Positions 32,234-50,140 of a stretch of 64,000 nt of DNA are shown piece after piece. Both the position numbers and the translations under genes were made by a program. The first letter of the stretch is position 1, and every line of letters begins with the position of its first letter. Origin of the DNA: Balanoglossus misakiensis (taxonomy: Eukaryota > Animalia > Hemichordata); the NCBI GenBank assembly GCA_040954595.2, contig CM082577.2, positions 19,194,303 to 19,258,302 on the forward strand, written 5' to 3'. Under the pieces are notes generated by a model that was not told the origin of the DNA, did no database searches, and saw only the letters and a program-made list of their open reading frames with translations.

Positions 32234-32866
32234 CCCTTTGAACCCCGCTCAGAGGTTTACCGCCGCAGGATGACCTTTTGACCCCTAATTTTTCAATATG
32301 CTGACGTCAAGGCATTTTCCCGCCGACATTGTAAATCCAGCCATATGAAAGCAAGTTAGAAAGCTAGGGGACCCTAATGTGACCTTCCAAATGACTTGAA
32401 ATCGATTCCTATGCGAGCGACTACATAAAAAATAGTGATATCCAAGCAGCGATTTTTAGCGAAAGTTGACAGAGATTTAAAAATTGCGACCCGACGACAG
32501 TTACGCAATGATCCATTGCAAGACGAGGATGCTTTCTGGGCTCATTTTGACCGAGTACTAGTAGATAGTAGCTCAGAAAGTGAAGATGAAGAACAAGACC
32601 AGCCTGACATCGTTACGGACCAAGATGGTGACCCCAACCGCGCGAACGATGAAGAAGAATTTGAGCCAGAGCCCGCGATCCAGCTACCCCCAACAGTTCG
32701 GCAACGAGTGAGAAGACTGCCCTGTGCCCGCGAAGGAAACCCACCACCTATGATATGGCAGGGCAACATAATAAACGGTAGGCAGGCTCCTATTTATAAT
32801 CAACGACGTGGACCGACTTGACAAATGCCAGCTGACAGTACACCATTAGATTATTTTCGGACATAA
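32234..32866 (+). mobile_element. piggyBac left end + ORF with extra TGA stop (128 aa)
   Basis: Copy of 2707-3339. Confidence 0.75.
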
Positions 32867-34413
32867 AGTCATCGTCATCGTCGTGTCGTGTCACAATCAT
32901 TATTTTGGACATATGCTTACTGTGTGATGAAAGGTGAGAGCGCAGTCAAAAGGTCGGGCTGAATAATACAGAGACTCTGAAAATATTGTACCTAATTCTT
33001 ATCAAACACGTTGATGGATATTTTGACAATTGTGACATGTAAACATTTACAAAAAAATGAAATAAATTTGCTTCAAACTCATTGGCAAAACAAGGACATG
33101 GAGTTGCTGTATATTTGTTATTATTGTGATATATAGGTGAGAAATATATTGAAAAATGTCTTCATTACAAAAATATGTCGTGAAATTATTGACTAGCAAG
33201 AACCATGTGTATATGTATGGCCAAGGGGAAATTTTTAACTTCTAGTTCTGAACATTAACGTTATTGCGCAGGCTACTGTAACCACATTCAAATAATACAT
33301 ACAATTTTCTGTTGCACCAGTGCTTTGACCTTACAGTAATTAATTACTACTACACAGGTCAGGAACACTGAGAAGGCGGCCTTAAATTATGCATTTGGTA
33401 TTGGTACATTTCGGATATATCTAAATTGTACCAATTTTAGTCTAGAAATATGTATACCTTAGGTAGCTTTTGTTTTCAAACAAATGGTTCATTAGGTATA
33501 CCTAAATTATGGTTCATTTGGTATACCTATTTATGGCAAAACGACCAAATCCAAGATTTTTTTCCAACCGAATGAGGCATTTCAGGAATACCTAAATAGT
33601 ACCTTTTCAATCGAAAAAGTATACTTTTGGTATACCAATTAGTAAATTTAAAGACCAAATCTGGACTACCTAAGGTAGCCCTTTTTCAAAGCAATAGGTA
33701 CATTTTAAGTATACCTAAATAGTACCTATTTAGTCCGGGAAAGTATACCTTAGGTATATTTCTAGTGTACTAGAATTTCGTAAGGGTGTTCCTGCACACC
33801 ACCCTATTGCTGCACAATTCCTGCACAGGCTACCCTATTGCTGCACAGTTCCTGCACAGGCCATCTTACTACTGCACAGTTCTTGCAGACTGTCCTATTC
33901 CTGCACAGTTACTGCTTGCCTTGTTCCTGCACTAGTGCAGCAACACCTCATTTGCATGCGAAAAAGTCGCCTTGCAGCAGAGCTGCAGCAACTTTCTATT
34001 GCACCGGTGCTGCAACCTTGTGGTATTGCTACTGCACCAGTGCAGCAACACTGTGCAGGAGGCCTTAAATTTTCATAAGGGCTATAGGTATGCACATAAT
34101 TAATGATGTTTGAATATGATACTAGAAATGTACAGTACACTGATACACTGATCAGCTGACCTTTTGTTTACGCATACGCCATTGCTCCGTTCTCGATCTG
34201 TCTCCGAGTCTGAATTTTTCGCACCTATAGATTTTAAAGATTTTTGAAGTCTGCAAATTCACTGGCATTGACAAAACTATAACATAACAAGTATAATGTA
34301 CGCCCCATAATGTACTCGGCATTCGCCTCGCACATTATGTTGCACAATGTGTGCTTTCGTCCATTATGGGTCTTCGGGGCGTACATTATTCTCTAACCAA
34401 TGATCATTGCTCA

Positions 34414-34892
<479 letters not shown>

Positions 34893-35077
34893 CTGTTGAG
34901 GGTAAAGTAGAGAACACATCGTCAAGTGATTTGGCTTACAGACTGACCAACACACACGTGGACAAGGGTGTTATGTCCATGAAAATCTACCTAAATATGT
35001 ACATTCGCAATGGCAGAATTCATGAATGTTCCTGCAAACATCTTCAAAGAGCTACCTTGACTACCCAGTGACATTAA

Positions 35078-35710
35078 CCCTTTGAACCTCGCTCGGAGGT
35101 TTACCGCCGCAGGATGACCTTTTGACCCCTAATTTTTCAATATGCTGACGTCAAGGCATTTTCCCGCCGACATTGTAAATCCAGCCATATGAAAGCAAGT
35201 TAGAAAGCTAGGGGACCCTAATGTGACCTTCCAAATGACTTGAAATCGATTCCTATGCGAGCGACTACATAAAAAATAGTGATATCCAAGCAGCGATTTT
35301 TAGCGAAAGTTGACAGAGATTTAAAAATTGCGACCCGACGACAGTTACGCAATGATCCATTGCAAGACGAGGATGCTTTCTGGGCTCATTTTGACCGAGT
35401 ACTAGTAGATAGTAGCTCAGAAAGTGAAGATGAAGAACAAGACCAGCCTGACATCGTTACGGACCAAGATGGTGACCCCAACCGCGCGAACGATGAAGAA
35501 GAATTTGAGCTAGAGCCCGCGATCCAGCCACCCCCACCAGTTCGGCAACGAGTGAGAAGACTGCCCCGAGCCCGCGAAGTAAACCCACCACCTATGATAT
35601 GGCAGGACAACATAATAAACGGTAGGCAGGCTCCCATTTATAATCAACGACGTGGACCGACGAGACAAATGCCAGCTGACAGTACACCATTAGATTATTT
35701 TCGGACATAA
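35078..35710 (+). mobile_element. piggyBac left end + truncated transposase ORF
   Basis: Copy of 2707-3339. Confidence 0.75.
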
Positions 35711-37257
35711 AGTCATCGTCGTGTCGTGTCGTGTCACAATCATTATTTTGGACATATGCTTACTGTGTGATGAAAGGTGAGAGCGCAGTCAAAAGGTCGG
35801 GCTGAATAATACAGAGACTCTGAAAATATTGTACCTTATTCTTATCAAACACGTTGATGGATATTTTGACAATTGTGACATGTGAACATTTACAAAAAAA
35901 TGAAATAAATTTGCTTCAAACTCATTGGCAAAACAAGGACATGGAGTTGCTGTATATTTGTTATTATTGTGATATATAGGTGAGAAATATATTGGAAAAT
36001 GTCTTCATTACAAAAATATGTCGTGAAATTATTGACTAGCAAGAACCATGTGTATATGTATGGCCAAGGGGAAATTTTTAACTTCTAGTTCTGAACATTA
36101 ACGTTATTGCGCAGGCTACTGTAACCACATTCAAATAATACACACAATTTTCTGTTGCACCAGTGCTTTGACCTTACAGTAATTAATTACTACTACACAG
36201 GTCAGGAACACTGAGAAGGCGGCCTTAAATTATGCATTTGGTATTGGTACATTTCGGATATATCTAAATTGTACCAATTTTAGTCTAGAAATATGCATAC
36301 CTTAGGTAGCTTTTGTTTTCAAACAAATGGTTCATTAGGTATACCTAAATTATGGTTCATTTGGTATACCTATTTATGGCAAAACGACCAAATCCAAGAT
36401 TTTTTTTCCAACCGAATGAGGCATTTCAGGAATACCTAAATAGTACCTTTTCAATCGAAAAAGTATACTTTTGGTATACCAATTAGTAAATTTAAAGACC
36501 AAATCTGGACTACCTAAGGTAGCCCTTTTTCAAAGCAATAGGTACATTTTAAGTATACCTAAATAGTACCTATTTAGTCCGGGAAAGTATACCTTAGGTA
36601 TATTTCTAGTGTACTAGAATTTCGTAAGGGTGTTCCTGCACACCACCCTATTGCTGCACAATTCCTGCACAGGCTACCCTATTGCTGCACAGTTCCTGCA
36701 CAGGCCATCTTACTACTGCACAGTTCTTGCAGACTGTCCTATTCCTGCACAGTTACTGCTTGCCTTGTTCCTGCACTAGTGCAGCAACACCTCATTTGCA
36801 TGCGAAAAAGTCGCCTTGCAGCAGAGCTGCAGCAACTTTCTATTGCACCGGTGCTGCAACCTTGTGGTATTGCTACTGCACCAGTGCAGCAACACTGTGC
36901 AGGAGGCCTTAAATTTTCATAAGGGCTATAGGTATGCACATAATTAATGATGTTTGAATATGATACTAGAAATGTACAGTACACTGATACACTGATCAGC
37001 TGACCTTTTGTTTACGCATACGCCATTGCTCCGTTCTCGATCTGTCTCCGAGTCTGAATTTTTCGCACCTATAGATTTTAAAGATTTTTGAAGTCTGCAA
37101 ATTCACTGGCATTGACAAAACTATAACATAACAAGTATAATGTACGCCCCAGAATGTACTCGGCATTCGCCTCGCACATTATGTTGCACAATGTGTGCTT
37201 TCGTCCATTATGGGTCTTCGGGGCGTACATTATTCTCTAACCAATGATCATTGCTCA

Positions 37258-37736
<479 letters not shown>

Positions 37737-37921
37737 CTGTTGAGGGTAAAGTAGAGAACACATCGTCAAGTGATTTGGCTTACAGACTGACCAACACACA
37801 CGTGGACAAGGGTGTTATGTCCATGAAAATCTACCTAAATATGTACATTCGCAATGGCAAAATTCATGAATGTTCCTGCAAACATCTTCAAAGAGCTACC
37901 CTGACTACCCAGTGACATTAA

Positions 37922-38554
37922 CCCTTTGAACCTCGCTCGGAGGTTTACCGCCGCAGGATGACCTTTTGACCCCTAATTTTTCAATATGCTGACGTCAAGG
38001 CATTTTCCCGCCGACATTGTAAATCCAGCCATATGAAAGCAAGTTAGAAAGCTAGGGGACCCTAATGTGACCTTCCAAATGACTTGAAATCGATTCCTAT
38101 GCGAGCAACTACATAAAAAATAGTGATATCCAAGCAGCCATTTTTAGCGAAAGTTGACAGAGATTTAAAAATTGCGACCCGACGACAGTTACGCAATGAT
38201 CCATTGCAAGACGAGGATGCTTTCTGGGCTCATTTTGACCGAGTACTAGTAGATAGTAGCTCAGAAAGTGAAGATGAAGAACAAGACCAGCCTGACATCG
38301 TTACGGACCAAGATGGTGACCCCAACCGCGCGAACGATGAAGAAGAATTTGAGCTAGAGCCCGCGATCCAGCCACCCCCACCAGTTCGGCAACGAGTGAG
38401 AAGACTGCCCCGAGCCCGCGAAGTAAACCCACCACCTATGATATGGCAGGACAACATAATAAACAGTAGGCAGGCTCCCATTTATAATCAACGACGTGGA
38501 CCGACGAGACAAATGCCAGCTGACAGTACACCATTAGATTATTTTCGGACATAA
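37922..38554 (+). mobile_element. piggyBac left end + truncated transposase ORF
   Basis: Same haplotype as 63-494. Confidence 0.75.
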
Positions 38555-40102
38555 AGTCATCGTCATCGTCGTGTCGTGTCACAATCATTATTTTGGACAT
38601 ATGCTTACTGTGTGATGAAAGGTGAGAGCGCAGTCAAAAGGTCGGGCTGAATAATACAGAGACTCTGAAAATATTGTACCTTATTCTTATCAAACACGTT
38701 GATGGATATTTTGACAATTGTGACATGTGAACATTTACAAAAAAATGAAATAAATTTGCTTCAAACTCATTGGCAAAACAAGGACATGGAGTTGCTGTAT
38801 ATTTGTTATTATTGTGATATATAGGTGAGAAATATATTGGAAAATGTCTTCATTACAAAAATATGTCGTGAAATTATTGACTAGCAAGAACCATGTGTAT
38901 ATGTATGGCCAAGGGGAAATTTTTAACTTCTAGTTCTGAACATTAACGTTATTGCGCAGGCTACTGTAACCACATTCAAATAATACATACAATTTTCTGT
39001 TGCACCAGTGCTTTGACCTTACAGTAATTAATTACTACTACACAGGTCAGGAACACTGAGAAGGCGGCCTTAAATTATGCATTTGGTATTGGTACATTTC
39101 GGATATATCTAAATTGTACCAATTTTAGTCTAGAAATATGTATACCTTAGGTAGCTTTTGTTTTCAAACAAATGGTTCATTAGGTATACCTAAATTATGG
39201 TTCATTTGGTATACCTATTTATGGCAAAACGACCAAATCCAAGATTTTTTTTCCAACCGAATGAGGCATTTCAGGAATACCTAAATAGTACCTTTTCAAT
39301 CGAAAAAGTATACTTTTGGTATACCAATTAGTAAATTTAAAGACCAAATCTGGACTACCTAAGGTAGCCCTTTTTCAAAGCAATAGGTACATTTTAAGTA
39401 TACCTAAATAGTACCTATTTAGTCCGGGAAAGTATACCTTAGGTATATTTCTAGTGTACTAGAATTTCGTAAGGGTGTTCCTGCACACCACCCTATTGCT
39501 GCACAATTCCTGCACAGGCTACCCTATTGCTGCACAGTTCCTGCACAGGCCATCTTACTACTGCACAGTTCTTGCAGACTGTCCTATTCCTGCACAGTTA
39601 CTGCTTGCCTTGTTCCTGCACTAGTGCAGCAACACCTCATTTGCATGCGAAAAAGTCGCCTTGCAGCAGAGCTGCAGCAACTTTCTATTGCACCGGTGCT
39701 GCAACCTTGTGGTATTGCTACTGCACCAGTGCAGCAACACTGTGCAGGAGGCCTTAAATTTTCATAAGGGCTATAGGTATGCACATAATTAATGATGTTT
39801 GAATATGATACTAGAAATGTACAGTACACTGATACACTGATCAGCTGACCTTTTGTTTACGCATACGCCATTGCTCCGTTCTCGATCTGTCGCCGAGTCT
39901 GAATTTTTCGCACCTATAGATTTTAAAGATTTTTGAAGTCTGCAAATTCACTGGCATTGACAAAACTATAACATAACAAGTATAATGTACGCCCCATAAT
40001 GTACTCGGCATTCGCCTCGCACATTATGTTGCACAATGTGTGCTTTCGTCCATTATGGGTCTTCGGGGCGTACATTATTCTCTAACCAATGATCATTGCT
40101 CA

Positions 40103-40581
<479 letters not shown>

Positions 40582-40766
40582 CTGTTGAGGATAAAGTAGA
40601 CAACACATCGTCAAGTGATTTGGCTTACAGACTGACCAACACACACGTGGACAAGGGTGTTATGTCCATGAAAATCTACCTAAATATGTACATTCGCAAT
40701 GGCAGAATTCATGAATGTTCCTGCAAACATCTTCAAAGAGCTACCTTGACTACCCAGTGACATTAA

Positions 40767-41399
40767 CCCTTTGAACCTCGCTCGGAGGTTTACCGCCGCA
40801 GGATGACCTTTTGACCCCTAATTTTTCAATATGCTGACGTCAAGGCATTTTCCCGCCGACATTGTAAATCCAGCCATATGAAAGCAAGTTAGAAAGCTAG
40901 GGGACCCTAATGTGACCTTCCAAATGACTTGAAATCGATTCCTATGCGAGCGACTACATAAAAAATAGTGATATCCAAGCAGCGATTTTTAGCGAAAGTT
41001 GACAGAGATTTAAAAATTGCGACCCGACGACAGTTACGCAATGATCCATTGCAAGGCGAGGATGCTTTCTGGGCTCATTTTGACCGAGTACTAGTAGATA
41101 GTAGCTCAGAAAGTGAAGATGAAGAACAAGACCAGCCTGACATCGTTACGGACCAAGATGGTGACCCCAACCGCGCGAACGATGAAGAAGAATTTGAGCT
41201 AGAGCCCGCGATCCAGCCACCCCCACCAGTTCGGCAACGAGTGAGAAGACTGCCCCGAGCCCGCGAAGTAAACCCACCACCTATGATATGGCAGGACAAC
41301 ATAATAAACGGTAGGCAGGCTCCCATTTATAATCAACGACGTGGACCGACGAGACAAATGCCAGCTGACAGTACACCATTAGATTATTTTCGGACATAA
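40767..41399 (+). mobile_element. piggyBac left end + truncated transposase ORF
   Basis: Copy of 2707-3339. Confidence 0.75.
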
Positions 41400-42229
41400 A
41401 GTCATCGTCATCGTCATCGTCGTGTCGTGTCACAATCATTATTTTGGACATATGCTTACTGTGTGATGAAAGGTGAGAGCGCAGTCAAAAGGTCGGGCTG
41501 AATAATACAGAGACTCTGAAAATATTGTACCTTATTCTTATCAAACACGTTGATGGATATTTTGACAATTGTGACATGTGAACATTTACAAAAAAATGAA
41601 ATAAATTTGCTTCAAACTCATTGGCAAAACAAGGACATGGAGTTGCTGTATATTTGTTATTATTGTGATATATAGGTGAGAAATATATTGGAAAATGTCT
41701 TCATTACAAAAATATGTCGTGAAATTATTGACTAGCAAGAACCATGTGTATATGTATGGCCAAGGGGAAATTTTTAACTTCTAGTTCTGAACATTAAAGT
41801 TATTGCGCAGGCTACTGTAACCACATTCAAATAATACATACAATTTTCTGTTACACCAGTGCTTTGACCTTACAGTAATTAATTACTACTACACAGGTCA
41901 GGAACACTGAGAAGGCGGCCTTAAATTATGCATTTGGTATTGGTACATTTCAAATATATCTAAATTGTACCAATTTTAGTCTAGAAATATGTATACCTTA
42001 GGTAGCTTTTGTTTTCAAACAAATGGTTCATTAGGTATACCTAAATTATGGTTCATTTGGTATACCTATTTATGGCAAAACGACCAAATCCAAGATTTTT
42101 TTTCCAACCTATTGAGGCATTTCAGGAATACCTAAATAGTACCTTTTCAATCGAAAAAGTATACTTTTGGTATACCAATTAGTAAATTTAAAGACCAAAT
42201 CTGGACTACCTAAGGTAGCCCTTTTTTAA

Positions 42230-43024
42230 GATGGGTCCCCGGGATCTTTTTGCAAGTTGCTATGGGCCTTTATAGGACATTACACTCAATTTTGATCGAA
42301 ACCGTTATGAACGTCCGACAAGGGGCTTGTAACTAGTTAAAAATACACACGATTGTGTGCACACCCCCTGTCCGAGTATGTTTACGGCAGCTACCGCCCG
42401 GCCATAGGCCGCCACGCTAATACGGCAAAGCAGCGGTCAGTGATAGCGTGCGCGTCCTGTAACCACAGTAACTGGATCGAACATTTAAAATCCAATGTTT
42501 TGTACAAAGAGATTTTGTACCGTTCACGAAAATCCCTAAGGCTTTTTTCATAGGCCACGTACGCCAGTCAAATTTGATCTGCTTGTTGATAACGCACTTC
42601 CGCACAGTGTGACGGATCGTTTTTTCGGTTTTCGTCTTGCTAAGAAGCGATACCGGTGGAAGAGTGCGTCCAGAAACACCCAAAATCGATGACTTTTTCT
42701 GGTGTGGTACGGGTATGCTGAAATCGTAGGATACAACGATAATATTTGAAAACAAAATCCGTCACGATCTTCCCTGGTTCAAGCAACTAATGAATACGTA
42801 TCAAGTTCGTTTTTGAGGTCACGGAATAAAAAGCCTTAGGCTTTTGAAATTTGACCTAGCTAATTTGCATATCAATGGCGTCAGAGGGCGCGCACTCACA
42901 ATCGTGCAGATTTTCAACTAGTTACCAGCCCCTTGTTAGACTCTGAAAACGGCTTAGTCCAAATCGGGGTGTAATGTCCTGCAAAGGCCCATAGCAACGG
43001 GCAAAAAGATCCCGGGGACCCATC
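42230..43024. mobile_element. Kolobok-like MITE A
   Basis: Same as 4170-4964 (offset 38060). Confidence 0.9.
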
Positions 43025-43754
43025 TTAAAGCAATAGGTACATTTTAAGTATACCTAAATAGTACCTATTTAGTCCGGGAAAGTATACCTTAGGTATATTT
43101 CTAGTGTACTAGAATTTCGTAAGGGTGTTCCTGCACACCACCCTATTGCTGCACAATTCCTGCACAGGCTACCCTATTGCTGCACAGTTCCTGCACACAG
43201 GCCATCTTACTACTGCACAGTTCTTGCAGACTGTCCTATTCCTGCACAGTTACCGCTTGCCTTGTTCCTGCACTAGTGCAGCAACACCTCATTTGCATGC
43301 GAAAAAGTCGCCTTGCAGCAGAGCTGCAGCAACTTTCTATTGCACCGGTGCTGCAACCTTGTGGTATTGCTACTGCACCAGTGCAGCAACACTGTGCAGG
43401 AGGCCTTAAATTTTCATAAGGGCTATAGGTATGCACATAATTAATGATGTTTGAATATGATACTAGAAATGTACAGTACACTGATACACTGATCAGCTGA
43501 CCTTTTGTTTACGCATACGCCATTGCTCCAGTCTCGATCTGTCTCCGAGTCTGAATTTTTCGCACCTATAGATTTTAAAGATATTTGAAGTCTGCAAATT
43601 CACTGGCATTGACAAAACTATAACATAACAAGTATAATGTACGCCCCATAATGTACTCGGCATTCGCCTCGCACATTATGTTGCACTATGTGTGCTTTCG
43701 TCCATTATGGGTCTTCGGGGCGTACATTATTCTCTAACCAATGATCATTGCTCA

Positions 43755-44233
<479 letters not shown>

Positions 44234-44418
44234 CTGTTGAGGGTAAAGTAGAGAACACATCGTCAAGTGATTTGGCTTACAGACTGACCAACACAGAGGT
44301 GGACAAGGGTGTTATGTCCATGAAAATCTACCTAAATATGTACATTCGCAATGGCAGAATTCATGAATGTTCCTGCAAACATCTTCAAAGAGCTACCTTG
44401 ACTACCCAGTGACATTAA

Positions 44419-44565
44419 CCCTTTGAACCCCGCTCAGAGGTTTACCGCCGCAGAATGACCTTTTGACCCCTAATTTTTCAATATGCTGACGTCAAGGCAT
44501 TTTCCCGCCGACATTGTAAATCCAGCCATATGAAAGCAAGTTAGAAAGCTAGGGGACCCTAATGT
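44419..44565 (+). mobile_element. piggyBac left end truncated by a ~1.6 kb deletion
   Basis: Same junction as 6505. Confidence 0.75.
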
Positions 44566-44690
44566 AAAGCTGCAGCAACTTTCTATTGCACCGGTGCTGC
44601 AACCATGTGGTATTGCTACTGCACCAGTGCAGCAACACTGTGCAGGAGGCCTTAAATTTTCATAAGGGCTATAGGTATGCACATAATTAA

Positions 44691-45029
44691 CCCTATTGCT
44701 ACCGGGTGTCATAACCCGTTAGAGTCTCAAGTCCATATAGATACGTATCATCACTGGAATATGTATTTAGACAGTGTTGGTTTCTTTGATTAGCTGCCAT
44801 GTGTGTATTTAGACAGGGTCGTTTGCCTCAATCTAGCTGTATACACTGTTTATGATCATCTTGGCCTGATCAAATTACCCAGCAGAGGCGGTTTAGTATG
44901 TACTCAGCTGTTCAAATATTTGACATTACACATTCTGATACCAATTCATTTCTCCACAGTCAAGTATGCCCGGGATTCTAGGGGGGTAGGAAAATAACTA
45001 CGTTTCCTACTGACTTGGCACAGTTAGGG
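44691..45029. mobile_element. piggyBac-type MITE (339 bp)
   Basis: Copy of 6631-6969. Confidence 0.85.
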
Positions 45030-45343
45030 TTAATGATGTTTGAATATGATACTAGAAATGTACAGTACACTGATACACTGATCAGCTGACCTTTTGTTTA
45101 CGCATACGCCATTGCTCCGTTCTCGATCTGTCTCCGAGTCTGAATTTTTCGCACCTATAGATTTTAAAGATTTTTGAAGTCTGCAAATTCACTGGCATTG
45201 ACAAAACTATAACATAATAAGTATAATGTACGCCCCATAATGTACTCGGCATTCGCCTCGCACATTATGTTGCACAATGTGTGCTTTCGTCCATTATGGG
45301 TCTTCGGGGCGTACATTATTCTCTAACCAATGATCATTGCTCA

Positions 45344-45822
<479 letters not shown>

Positions 45823-45982
45823 CTGTTGAGGGTAAAGTAGAGAACACATCGTCAAGTGATTTGGCTTACAGACTGACCAACACAGAGGTGGACAAGGGTG
45901 TTATGTCCATGAAAATCTACCTAAATATGAACATTCGCAATGGCAGAATTCATGAATGTTCCTGCAAACATCTTCAAAGAGC

Positions 45983-46746
45983 GGCTAGTTATACTTTGCG
46001 AAACAACGAAACAGCGAAACGAAACAGCGAAACGACGAAACCATTATTAAAATAGGGGCCAGTCATCAAGACGGTGGCGTATTATTTTTTTAAAAGTTTC
46101 CAAAAGTTCCTGGTCTGCGGCCTGGTACTAGTGGTTGCGCGCCAAAAAAGAATCCCGCCCCAAAAGGTCAATGTACGAGTATATTCACAGGGCTAAGGAT
46201 TAGTTGAAACAAAGCAGTAGTGTCCGTAAGCTTTCGAGGGTCAAACACTGATGGGGGGTAAGAGTAGTAGTTATATATAGAAACACATGTAACTCACACA
46301 ACACAGTATCATTGTCGAAATTTCTTTATTATCTTAATTGCAATTCATGCCTCCCCGCCTTGTGGTATTTAAGGAAATAGTGTCAGTTGCTGCCGCATTT
46401 TGAGGTTTCGATCTTTTGTGGTTTCGTTGTGCGCGCGCGTATATTCACTGTGTATATGTAGCAGTTTGGCATGAATCGTTTGCGCGCATACGACGTCGAC
46501 TCTACCACTACATAGTACCAGGCCGCAGACCAGGAACTGGCGACCCGCCGTTTGTTTCCAACGCCAAATTCTAATGTTGAATTTCCGAGAAAACAATTTA
46601 TCTGACCTGTAGTTTTCTTGGCTCGCTTACGTTTTAATTTGGAAACTTTTAAAAAAATCATACGCCACCGTCTTGATGACTGGCCCCTATTTTAATAATG
46701 GTTTCGTCGTTTCGCTGTTTCGTTGTTTCGCAAAGTATAACTAGCC
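45983..46746. mobile_element. MULE/Merlin-like MITE with 9-bp TSD
   Basis: Copy of 7923-8688, TSD TCAAAGAGC. Confidence 0.9.
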
Positions 46747-46780
46747 TCAAAGAGCTACCTTGACTACCCAGTGACATTAA

Positions 46781-47413
46781 CCCTTTGAACCCCGCTCGGA
46801 GGTTTACCGCCGCAGGATGACCTTTTGACCCCTAATTTTTCAATATGCTGACGTCAAGGCATTTTCCCGCCGACATTGTCAATCCAGCCATATGAAAGCA
46901 AGTTAGAAAGCTAGGGGACCCTAATGTGACCTTCCAAATGACTTGAAATCGATTCCTATGCGAGCGACTACATAAAAAATAGTGATATCCAAGCAGCGAT
47001 TTTTAGCGAAAGTTGACAGAGATTTAAAAATTGCGACCCGACGACAGTTACGCAATGATCCATTGCAAGACGAGGATGCTTTCTGGGCTCATTTTGACCG
47101 AGTACTAGTAGATAGTAGCTCAGAAAGTGAAGATGAAGAACAAGACCAGCCTGACATCGTTACGGACCAAGATGGTGACCCCAACCGCGCGAACGATGAA
47201 GAAGAATTTGAGCCAGAGCCCGCGATCCAGCTACCCCCACCAGTTCGGCAACGAGTGAGAACACTGCCCTGTGCCCGCGAAGGAAACCCACCACATATGA
47301 TATGGCAGGGCAACATAATAAACGGTAGGCAGGCTCCTATTTATTATCAACGACGTGGACCGACGAGACAAATGCCAGCTGACAGTACACCATTAGATTA
47401 TTTTCGGACATAA
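46781..47413 (+). mobile_element. piggyBac left end + truncated transposase ORF
   Basis: Copy of 2707-3339. Confidence 0.75.
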
Positions 47414-48966
47414 AGTCATCGTCATCGTCGTGTCGTGTCGTGTCACAATCATTATTTTGGACATATGCTTACTGTGTGATGAAAGGTGAGAGCGCAGTCA
47501 AAAGGTCGGGCTGAATAATACAGAGACTGAAAATATTGTACCTTATTCTTATCAAACATGTTGATGGATATTTTGACAATTGTGACATGTGAACATTTAC
47601 AAAAAAATGAAATAAATTTGCTTCAAACTCATTGGCAAAACAAGGACATGGAGTTGTTGTATATTTGTTATTATTGAGATATATAGGTGAGAAATATATT
47701 GGAAAATGTCTTCATTACAAAAATATGTCGTGAAATTATTGACTAGCAAGAACCATGTGCCTATGTATGGCCAAGGGGAAATTTTTAACTTCTAGTTCTG
47801 AACATTAACATTATTGCGCAGGCTACTGTAACCACATTCAAATAATACATACAATTTTCTGTTGCACCAGTGCTTTGACCTTACAGTAATTAATTACTAC
47901 TACACAGGTCAGGAACACTGAGAAGGCGGCCTTAAATTATGCATTTGGTATTGGTACATTTCGGATATATCTAAATTGTACCAATTTTAGTCTAGAAATA
48001 TGTATACCTTAGGTAGCTTTTGTTTTCAAACAAATGGTTCATTAGGTATACCTAAATTATGGTTCATTTGGTATACCTATTTATGGCAAAACGACCAAAT
48101 CCAAGATTTTTTTTTCAACCGAATGAGGCATTTCAGGAATACCTAAATAGTACCTTTTCAATCGAAAAAGTATACTTTTGGTATACCAATTAGTAAATTT
48201 AAAGACCAAATCTGGACTACCTAAGGTAGCCCTTTTTTAAAGCAATAGGTACATTTTAAGTATACCTACATAGTACCTATTTAGTCCTGGAAAGTATACC
48301 TTAGGTATATTTCTAGTGTACTAGAATTTCGTAAGGGTGTTCCTGCACACCACCCTATTGCTGCACAATTCCTGCACAAGTTACCCTATTGCTGCACAGT
48401 TCCTGCACACAGGCCATCTTACTACTGCACAGTTCTTGCAGACTGTCCTATTCCTGCACAGTTACTGCTTGCCTTGTTCCTGCACTAGTGCAGCAACACC
48501 TCATTTGCATGCGAAAAAGTCGCCTTGCAGCAGAGCTGCAGCAACTTTCTATTGCACCGGTGCTGCAACCTTGTGGTATTGCTACTGCACCAGTGCAGCA
48601 ACACTGTGCAGGAGGCCTTAAATTTTCATAAGGGCTATAGGTATGCACGTAATTAATGATGTTTGAATATGATACTAGAAATGTACAGTACACTGATACA
48701 CTGATCAGCTGACCTTTTGTTTACGCATACGCCATTGCTCCGTTCTCGATCTGTCTCCGAGTCTGAATTTTTCGCACCTATAGATTTTAAAGATTTTTGA
48801 AGTCTGCAAATTCACTGGCATTGACAAAACTATAACATAATAAGTATAATGTACGCCCCATAATGTACTCGGCATTCGCCTCGCACATTATGTTGCACAA
48901 TGTGTGCTTTCGTCCATTATGGGTCTTCGGGGCGTACATTATTCTCTAACCAATGATCATTGCTCA

Positions 48967-49445
<479 letters not shown>

Positions 49446-49630
49446 CTGTTGAGGGTAAAGTAGAGAACACATCGTCAAGTGATTTGGCTTACAGACTGAC
49501 CAACACAGACGTGGACAAGGGTGTTATGTCCATGAAAATCTACCTAAATATGTACATTCGCAATGGCAGAATTCATGAATGTTCCTGCAAACATCTTCAA
49601 AGAGCTACCTTGACTACCCAGTGACATTAA

Positions 49631-50140
49631 CCCTTTGAACCTCGCTCGGAGGTTTACCGCCGCAGGATGACCTTTTGACCCCTAATTTTTCAATATGCTG
49701 ACGTCAAGGCATTTTCCCGCCGACATTGTAAATCCAGCCATATGAAAGCAAGTTAGAAAGCTAGGGGACCCTAATGTGACCTTCCAAATGACTTGAAATC
49801 GATTCCTATGCGAGCGACTACATAAAAAATAGTGATATCCAAGCAGCAATTTTTAGCGAAAGTTGACAGAGATTTAAAAATTGCGACCCGACGACAGTTA
49901 CACAATGATCCATTGCAAGACGAGGATGCTTTCTGGGCTCATTTTGACCGAGTACTAGTAGATAGTAGCTCAGAAAGTGAAGATGAAGAACAAGACCAGC
50001 CTGACATCGTTACGGACCAAGATGGTGACCCCAACCGCGCTAACGATGAAGAAGAATTTGAGCCAGAGCCCGCGATCCAGCCACCCCCACCAGTTCGGCA
50101 ACGAGTGAGAAGACTGCCCCGTGCCCGCGAAGTAAACCCA
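49631..50140 (+). mobile_element. Last piggyBac left end, ORF broken at the array boundary
   Basis: Unit sequence stops after GAAGTAAACCCA. Confidence 0.75.
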
